A DNA stretch of 64,000 nucleotides from Bacteroidota bacterium. Lineage in GTDB: Bacteria > Bacteroidota > Bacteroidia > Bacteroidales > FEN-979. Shown piece after piece: positions 57,566 to 64,000 of this stretch. The stretch is from positions 73,758-137,757 of the forward strand of contig JAPLDO010000045.1 in assembly GCA_026391715.1 (NCBI GenBank), given 5' to 3'. A program made the translations under genes and the position numbers. Within the stretch, counting starts at the first letter, position 1; each line of letters begins with the position of its first letter. The notes below the pieces were generated by a model that did no database searches, had not been told where the DNA came from, and saw only the letters and a list, made by a program, of their open reading frames with translations.

Positions 57566-60500
57566 TTACCTCGTTAATTGCAGAATCTGTGTCTGAACAA
57601 ACCCATCCGCCGACAACCGGATCAGGTAGGTTCCGGGTTTAAGGTTCAAGGTTGTGGCGGAGAGGGTTACAGAATGCTTTCCAATGGACATTGGACCATC
57701 GGCAATGGTGGCCATTTTTTGTCCCATCATGTTAAAAATCTGTATCGTAACATACTGATTGTCGACATTTAAAAACCAGGTGAGTGTGGCGTCACCGGTT
57801 GCAGGGTTGGGGAAAACCGGCAACATTTTGGCAGGCGTCAGATCGCTGCCTCCCGGGATGCCGGTCAACATGCCATGAATGGTAACGCTTCCACTAATTG
57901 CGTTGGCAGTCAGATCGGTTTCGTTGGCAAGAAAGGCATTGACCGTTATTGGCGTTGTTACCGACTGGTATGGCTGACAACGTACAGCAAAGGTTACCAT
58001 TGCCAGCGTTGTATCCGTGTTTAGCGGAATTGTGCCCGCCAGGGCAATGGTAATAAGGCCGTTGATGCTGTCGTTGCTGAAACTGAAATTCATCCCCTGG
58101 ATAAGGTTGGCAACATTTTTAACCTCAAGGTAAGCAGGATCATATTTCAGGCAAATATCGCCGGAAACCATCCCGGAATTATTGATCACCGTGACGGGAA
58201 TACTCACCTCCTCCCCGCTGGTCGCCGTTGCATTCCCTACCATGAGCTGAGGATCTGTGAGCGCGGCGTTTGCCGCTTTGAGCAGCTCCGCAGGGAAAAA
58301 GTTGATCAGCCCTACCGAGTATTGCAGGATCAGCGAGGCATCGTAGGCGGTGATCCCTGCGGCGCCGCTGGTATTGGCAACCAACTGCTGGACGCTGGTC
58401 AGCGGGATAAGACCGACCGCGTATTTCAACACCAATGAAGCGTCATAAGCTGAAACGCTGCCGTTGAGGCTCACATCGCCCATCAGCGGCGCACCGGCGC
58501 CATTGGCTTTCCATGGCGTATAATCCACCATGTAGGTCACGGCATCTCCCGTACCTCCCGGATTTCCCGAATGGGTGGGACCGGTGTTGCTCCCCCACCA
58601 GCAGTTCCCGGCGTTGATGTTAAAGGCGAGTCCAACATTCTGGATTCCGTACAACTGGTTTCCATAAATGTCGCAGTTGTTTACCAGGGGATTGGAGGCG
58701 CCGTTGGCCAACAATCCGATCCGGTTTTTATTGACCGCCGAATTTAAAATCGTTGGACTGGCGCTGTTCAGGGTGATCCCGGGAAAATCAGGAATAGACC
58801 CCCATAGTGGTATCGTTTTAATATAGCCTGCAAACCTTACGATGCAGTGGTTGAGTTTACAAAGGGCATCGTTGGATTCATTTTCAAATGTAAGACCTGT
58901 CCATGGGGAACGAATATAACCGGCAGGATTATACTCACCACCACCTGGTTGGGTGGCTGTGCTGTCAGAATTTGAATCGCCGCCATAGAAATCATCCCGG
59001 ATTTCGGTGAAAACGATGTTGCTGTCTGCCGTTGCACCTCCGATTGCAAGCAAACCTTTCTTGATGTTCAATCCCTTGCCTTCGTTAAATTTCAGCGTCA
59101 CGCCAGGTTCAACTGTCATTACAGAACTTGTGCCGATTATAAAATTATCATGAAAATAGTACGGAATGTTCACCTGACCGCCAAATGCACGTTTTGGCAA
59201 AGTGATATTCTGCGCCATTGTTTCCGCCTTTACGCCCAAAGCTTTATAGGTCGTTCCCGAGATGATATTTCCGGCAGTTGACGACGGATACGATACGAGA
59301 GAAAACTCAAGCGGCGTGTAGGTCAGGTTGTGAAAGGTGCAGGAATCAACCACCGGCTGGGAATTGCCTGCCATGTTTATCCCCCGGTTGTCCTTTTCAA
59401 AACGGCTGTTTTTAATGGTTGGCGAGGCTTGCTGGATCATGATCGCGTCATTCTGGTATTTAAAGATCGCATGGTTGATGATGCAATTCTGGTCATCGCT
59501 GATGTCGTTGAATTTTAAAATGTATTGTTGATTGATGGCAGGCGCGGTCAACGAACCATCGCCATTGGAGTCCATTGGATTTCCATATGAATCGTCACGG
59601 TAATCGGTAAACACCACAGGTTCGTTTTGTGTTCCGGAAATTTTCAAAGCACCGTTGATATCAAGACAACGGAAATATGGTTGGCCCAGGGATCCGTTAT
59701 TGTAATATCCCTGATATTTGAACACGATTCCCTCCGGCACACAGATGGTTGTTCCACTATTGATGGAGGAATTATAATAGTTGCCATCGTAAGTTCCAAA
59801 CATTATGTATGTAATATTCGGTATCCCCGCAAAATTCCTTTTGATTACCGTATCATCAATTGAGTAATTTTCAACAGCTACGCCCAAACCAAACAATCCA
59901 ACATTTGAAACAATGTTGTTGTTCCCAAAAACAGGATTTGAAAATAAACTCATTGTTACCGGTGTGGAGGCTATGTTGCTGAATTCAGTGTTTGAGATGA
60001 CCGGGGAGGAATTTCCATATATGCCGATACCAGAACTGCCCGAATGTTCAAACACACAACTATCGATGATGACCGACGTACTGTTGATGCATATTTCACC
60101 AAATCGTTTAAAATAATACTGCGGATTGTCCTGATAAGGGGAAAATGCACCGCCATAACTAAACAGACAGTTTTCCATTTTATTTGGCTGGGAATTGCCT
60201 GAACTGTTAAATTCGATGTATCGCCAGTCTCCTTTCTGCGGGATGGTACTATTGCCGTCATTGTTGGTATCCCCTCCTTTTGAGTCGTCGCGATTGGAAG
60301 TAAAAACAATGGGTTCCGATGCGGTCCCTACTGCTGATAATCCTCCGTTAACGGTGATGCAACCCTTATAGGAATAATAGTTATAAATTTCATAAAATGG
60401 AAATTTGATAATAACCCCGGGCTGAATGGTGAGTACTGCATTGGCGCTGATGGTCAACTGCTGGACGATGTATGCAATATTTGTATAACCTGCCACATTT

Positions 60501-63500
60501 CTCTTTTTCAATGTTGCGTTGGAAGAAAGTGTCCCTTCGATGATCCGGAGTCCGTTGCTCGCATTGTTTACAAACGAAATATTGTTCAGTTGCGGATCCG
60601 AGGTCAATGACATAGCCATTGGATCACTGACACAATTCTGGATGATAGCCCCGTTGATAACGGGAACCGATGAACCATCAACCCAGAAACCATAATTAGA
60701 GGAACCCGAAAGAGATGCATTTGAAACAGAAGTATTGGCAGAGACGAAAGCGAGCATGCCACTTTTTGTTTCCGACCAATAACCGGTAAAACCGCCATAT
60801 TTAACTTTGGTGTTTTTCACCTTGCAGAACAGGTCGTCGCTGGTTTCGTTGAACTGTATCCGTCCCCAGTCCCCGCCAGCAGGCGACGTCTGGCTGCCGT
60901 CGTTGTTGGAGTCGCCCGGATTGCCTGCATTGTCATCTTTTGCAGAGGTGAAAACCACCTCGTTTCCGGGCAAAGATCCGCCATTGATCTTCAGTCCGCC
61001 GTTCACCTCAATCCGCCTTCTGTTGGCCGTTGTATTCACCTTGATCACCACGCCCGAATCAATCGTGACATTGGTTCCTGTGTTGATAAATAATTCATCC
61101 AGGAGCAGGTAGGTGATGTTCGTGTACCCTGCAAAATTTTGCCTGGCCAATGTTCCGCCCGAACCCAGTTGCTCTCCGATGACGCCCAGGGCAGTGTATC
61201 CGCAATTCATCATGGTATTGCCGGCAAAATAGGGGTTTGCAGAAATGGATTTGGCAACGGCAACAACGGTTGAATGGTCAAATGAGTTGTTGAATATCCT
61301 TGGATGGCCATTCCCGGCACAATAGACCCCAAATTCATTGTGCTTGATCACGCAATTGGTAATGGCAGGACTGGCATTCTCCAGGGTGATCTGGCCACCC
61401 CTGTAAATGTTATAAGGCCATTGATTTTGATCATAATAAATGAAATGATCATTGTTGTCGCCATAGTAAATCCGGCAATAATTTAACATACTGGTTGTGT
61501 CGGATGTTCCTTTGAACAGGAAACCACCCCAATCGCCTATCGCAGGGCTTGTCTGCGAGCCATCCTTGTTAGTGTCGAACGGGTTCCCGAAGTTGTCATC
61601 CCTGGCAGAGGTAAGCACGATCATGCTGTCGGGGGTACCAACGGCAATCAGTTTGCCTTCGACGATAATTTTCCGGTAATCATAACCGTAGTTTGCATAA
61701 TAGGCTTTGATCACCACTCCTTTGTTGATCGTCAGGGTCTTCCCTTGTGGTACGGTAATGTTGTCGAGCATCAGGTAGGTGATGTTGGGAATTGCAGTAA
61801 AGTTCCTGACCGGAAGCACGGCATTTGCGGTCATTGTGCCTCCCAGCAAGCCGATTGCATCGTAGGCATTGTCGGAAAAAGAGAGGGTATTGTTCGATAG
61901 TACCGGATTTGCCTCGTACGACAGGGCGATCGGCGTCATCAGGCTGGAACCGACCGTATTGTTCGAAAACACCGGGTTGGAGACATATTGCATGAACGCC
62001 CCATAGTAATTGATCGAGAGGTCGCATTGGTCGATGGTGGGGCTTGCATTGTACATGGAGACGCCCCCGATGTTGCCGTACCCCGCGTAGCGGAGCTTGC
62101 AACGGCGCATCAGGCAGGTCGCGTCATTGCTTGCATCGTTAAACCGCACGCCATACCAGTTGCCCGATGCCGGTGTGGTGTTTGTGCCATCGTTATTGGT
62201 GTCGCCGCCCCAGTTGTCATCCTTGTAACTCGTAAAAAAGATATTTTCACCTGGATTTGCTTCTGCCACCAGGGTTCCGTTTACATCAAGCGCAGTATAA
62301 TCCTGGAATTTAAGGATACTGGTCGAGGCGATCACCATCCGTGCGCCGGCATTGATCGTCATCGTATTCGGAAAATAGTAGGGAACCGGCAGTTTTGGGA
62401 GGGCCAGTGTATCAGAAAAATTGTAAAAACCCATGTAAGCCGCTTTGTTGACATTGCCATTCATGGTATTTGTGCCTGTAGTTGTGAGATCTGCCGAAGC
62501 GGCATAAAATACAGGCCACTTGCAGTTTGAGATCGTTATGCCGGCAATGTTGATTTTTGCATCGGCATTCAGGTAAATGCCATACTGCATGTTCTGCATG
62601 TTAACCCCCGATATCGCGGCGCGGGCATTTGCACCGGCAAAAATATTACATCCGGCAGCAGCGGCATTGGGACTTGAGGTTGTAATACTTCCTCCTGTCA
62701 TGAATAGATTTCCGTTTCCCATTATTTGGGCGCCTTGTGAATTAAAATTCAAAAGGTCTGTATTTATAAGTGAAGCTTTCCCATTATATACATAAAACAT
62801 CGAAGCATATTGGATCTGACAGGAGGTCAGCGTCACCCTTCCTGAATCTGCAAGCGTGAAAGAGCCCACCTGGATATAACCCCAATCGCCGGGCGCTGGC
62901 GAAGCATTTCCTGATGTAAAGATGGCGCTGGTGGCATTGAGCTGGCCATACACACCGAGCCATTGACCCGGCGCCATCTTAATAATATTTCCGGGTTGAA
63001 TGGTCATGCTTGCTCCGTGCTGTATAGTAATCTGAGTCGAAAAATAATATGGGATGTTTATTGCCGGAAGCGTCATAGCGCCAGTTACGCTGTTGAATGA
63101 AAAATTGACCATCGAATTGGTATTCCCGGTGAATGAATTGATCCCATGGAGGTTCAGGGAGGCTGCTCCGGCAAAGTATATCGGCCAGTTGCATGCCGTG
63201 ATGATGGCGCTGGTAAGGTCAAAAGCCGAACCTTGCTGCAGGTTGATCCCATACTGAAAATGCTGGATCGTAACGCCCGCCAGGGTATCAATGGAACTTG
63301 TATTCCCCAGGATGCCGGAATAGGAGGCGGCAGCAGTGGCGCTGTTGGTATTGATGCTTCCGCCGGTCATTTTAAAACGGCCATTCGCCATGACATTCAC
63401 ACCGTCGGTATTGAAATTGAGCAGGTCGGTATTGGTAAGGGTCGCTTTTCCCCGGTAAACATAGAAGGTTGAGGCATAGGATATCTGGCAGCCGCTCATG

Positions 63501-63838
63501 TTGACCGACCCAACATCCGTGGTGTTGGAGCCCCCGGTTTGAATATACGACCAGATTCCCGGCACAGGGCTTGCGTTGTTGGAAGTGAAGGTAGCGTCGG
63601 TGGCATTCATGACGCCATATACCAGCATGTACTGCCCATCGTTGAATTTAACGGTCACCCCTGAATCTACCGTCAGGGTTACTCCGTTGTTTACGGTTAC
63701 ATAGGAGGTCACGATGTAAGGACTCCCGGCCAGATTCCATGTGGCATTGGAAGAAATAACACCGGAAACGTTGGTAGCAAGCAGCGGTTGCAGGCTACAG
63801 ATAAAAATGAAACCTGTGAGGATAAGAAGTTTTTTCAT
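57566..63838 (-). CDS. Giant (2090 aa) T9SS-sorted parallel beta-helix repeat protein with dockerin-like pair and cohesin-like module
   Basis: Signal peptide. About eight beta-helix modules of roughly 200 aa are separated by DDN.GGD[TS]NNDG...GDW linkers. These are followed by the dockerin-like pair, a cohesin-like module and the CTD VFPNPATGDATLTWF...YLIRL. Confidence 0.8.
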   Translation of the reverse strand: MKKLLILTGFIFICSLQPLLATNVSGVISSNATWNLAGSPYIVTSYVTVNNGVTLTVDSGVTVKFNDGQYMLVYGVMNATDATFTSNNASPVPGIWSYIQTGGSNTTDVGSVNMSGCQISYASTFYVYRGKATLTNTDLLNFNTDGVNVMANGRFKMTGGSINTNSATAAASYSGILGNTSSIDTLAGVTIQHFQYGINLQQGSAFDLTSAIITACNWPIYFAGAASLNLHGINSFTGNTNSMVNFSFNSVTGAMTLPAINIPYYFSTQITIQHGASMTIQPGNIIKMAPGQWLGVYGQLNATSAIFTSGNASPAPGDWGYIQVGSFTLADSGRVTLTSCQIQYASMFYVYNGKASLINTDLLNFNSQGAQIMGNGNLFMTGGSITTSSPNAAAAGCNIFAGANARAAISGVNMQNMQYGIYLNADAKINIAGITISNCKWPVFYAASADLTTTGTNTMNGNVNKAAYMGFYNFSDTLALPKLPVPYYFPNTMTINAGARMVIASTSILKFQDYTALDVNGTLVAEANPGENIFFTSYKDDNWGGDTNNDGTNTTPASGNWYGVRFNDASNDATCLMRRCKLRYAGYGNIGGVSMYNASPTIDQCDLSINYYGAFMQYVSNPVFSNNTVGSSLMTPIALSYEANPVLSNNTLSFSDNAYDAIGLLGGTMTANAVLPVRNFTAIPNITYLMLDNITVPQGKTLTINKGVVIKAYYANYGYDYRKIIVEGKLIAVGTPDSMIVLTSARDDNFGNPFDTNKDGSQTSPAIGDWGGFLFKGTSDTTSMLNYCRIYYGDNNDHFIYYDQNQWPYNIYRGGQITLENASPAITNCVIKHNEFGVYCAGNGHPRIFNNSFDHSTVVAVAKSISANPYFAGNTMMNCGYTALGVIGEQLGSGGTLARQNFAGYTNITYLLLDELFINTGTNVTIDSGVVIKVNTTANRRRIEVNGGLKINGGSLPGNEVVFTSAKDDNAGNPGDSNNDGSQTSPAGGDWGRIQFNETSDDLFCKVKNTKVKYGGFTGYWSETKSGMLAFVSANTSVSNASLSGSSNYGFWVDGSSVPVINGAIIQNCVSDPMAMSLTSDPQLNNISFVNNASNGLRIIEGTLSSNATLKKRNVAGYTNIAYIVQQLTISANAVLTIQPGVIIKFPFYEIYNYYSYKGCITVNGGLSAVGTASEPIVFTSNRDDSKGGDTNNDGNSTIPQKGDWRYIEFNSSGNSQPNKMENCLFSYGGAFSPYQDNPQYYFKRFGEICINSTSVIIDSCVFEHSGSSGIGIYGNSSPVISNTEFSNIASTPVTMSLFSNPVFGNNNIVSNVGLFGLGVAVENYSIDDTVIKRNFAGIPNITYIMFGTYDGNYYNSSINSGTTICVPEGIVFKYQGYYNNGSLGQPYFRCLDINGALKISGTQNEPVVFTDYRDDSYGNPMDSNGDGSLTAPAINQQYILKFNDISDDQNCIINHAIFKYQNDAIMIQQASPTIKNSRFEKDNRGINMAGNSQPVVDSCTFHNLTYTPLEFSLVSYPSSTAGNIISGTTYKALGVKAETMAQNITLPKRAFGGQVNIPYYFHDNFIIGTSSVMTVEPGVTLKFNEGKGLNIKKGLLAIGGATADSNIVFTEIRDDFYGGDSNSDSTATQPGGGEYNPAGYIRSPWTGLTFENESNDALCKLNHCIVRFAGYIKTIPLWGSIPDFPGITLNSASPTILNSAVNKNRIGLLANGASNPLVNNCDIYGNQLYGIQNVGLAFNINAGNCWWGSNTGPTHSGNPGGTGDAVTYMVDYTPWKANGAGAPLMGDVSLNGSVSAYDASLVLKYAVGLIPLTSVQQLVANTSGAAGITAYDASLILQYSVGLINFFPAELLKAANAALTDPQLMVGNATATSGEEVSIPVTVINNSGMVSGDICLKYDPAYLEVKNVANLIQGMNFSFSNDSINGLITIALAGTIPLNTDTTLAMVTFAVRCQPYQSVTTPITVNAFLANETDLTANAISGSVTIHGMLTGIPGGSDLTPAKMLPVFPNPATGDATLTWFLNVDNQYVTIQIFNMMGQKMATIADGPMSIGKHSVTLSATTLNLKPGTYLIRLSADGFVQTQILQLTR
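57875..58249 (-). other. Cohesin-like module inside the giant protein
   Basis: LMVGNATATSGEEVSIPVTVINNSGMVSGDICLKYDPAYLEV...GLITIALAG...LAMVTFAV matches the usual cohesin beta-sandwich signature. Confidence 0.6.
58310..58489 (-). other. Dockerin-like duplicated Ca-binding segment inside the giant protein
   Basis: GDVSLNGSVSAYDASLVLKYAVGL and NTSGAAGITAYDASLILQYSVGL: two 12-residue loop plus helix repeats with the D.S.NG.....D pattern. Confidence 0.6.
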
Positions 63839-64000
63839 GGGATAAAAAAGTTGAGAATGAGGACTATAATTACTTTTTATTTCAATTCGTAATCTACTTT
63901 TTTCAGAAAAGTGGGATTGTTAAGAATTTTTTTTCTCAGCTACAATTTCTTTCCTATCCCGAACAGAAATTCAGGCGCGAAATCAGCTCCATTCTCCCAT

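Noticed and set aside
61988-62530. 180-aa plus-strand ORF, with many similar ORFs at 54.4-63.5 kb and 37.2-39.6 kb
   Set aside because: All are antisense to giant repeat-rich surface protein genes whose G/N/T-rich codon usage leaves the opposite strand open. None has a recognisable domain.

Overview
This looks like a Bacteroidota chromosomal segment. Four large secreted proteins carry T9SS C-terminal sorting domains, several genes have TAnnTTTG -7 promoter boxes, and many genes are tightly packed or overlapping. I call about 48 CDS, 3 tRNAs (Cys-GCA, Gln-CUG, Ala-GGC) and 2 decayed pseudogenes; I found no CRISPR array and no recognisable mobile element. The housekeeping backbone is purH-mreBCD, folB, glnS/tRNA-Gln/gltX, ybeY-mnmG, asd, comF, thpR, rpiB, nadA, an rluB-like gene and dnaG. 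Three regions stand out. (1) 19.5-29.0 kb is the most unusual. It is a minus-strand respiratory cluster holding four c-type cytochromes with 15 CxxCH sites in total, a Tat-exported NrfC-type ferredoxin, an NrfD-type membrane subunit, a b-type cytochrome and an outer-membrane beta-barrel. A Crp/Fnr regulator sits at one end, flanked by two perfect TTGAT-N4-ATCAA boxes. No catalytic (molybdopterin, NrfA or Hao-like) subunit is present. One cytochrome is a hexahaem lipoprotein on a collagen-like G-X-Y stalk. I read this as a candidate trans-envelope electron conduit, possibly extracellular electron transfer, of a composition I do not recognise as described. (2) 54.1-63.8 kb holds two adjacent giant T9SS cargo proteins. 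One carries three cohesin-like modules. The other is a 2090-aa beta-helix repeat protein with a dockerin-like pair plus its own cohesin, which suggests a cell-surface cohesin-dockerin assembly. (3) Smaller oddities: a riboflavin-kinase-only ribF remnant abutting the cluster, a 45-bp tandem coding repeat in the pseudouridine synthase gene, a 480-bp AT-rich intergenic region packed with TTGTTA/TAACAA palindromes upstream of nadA, CACGTG palindromes just before two start codons, and an active/inactive transglutaminase-like pair. All calls come from reading the translations and sequence by eye; no database search was run.
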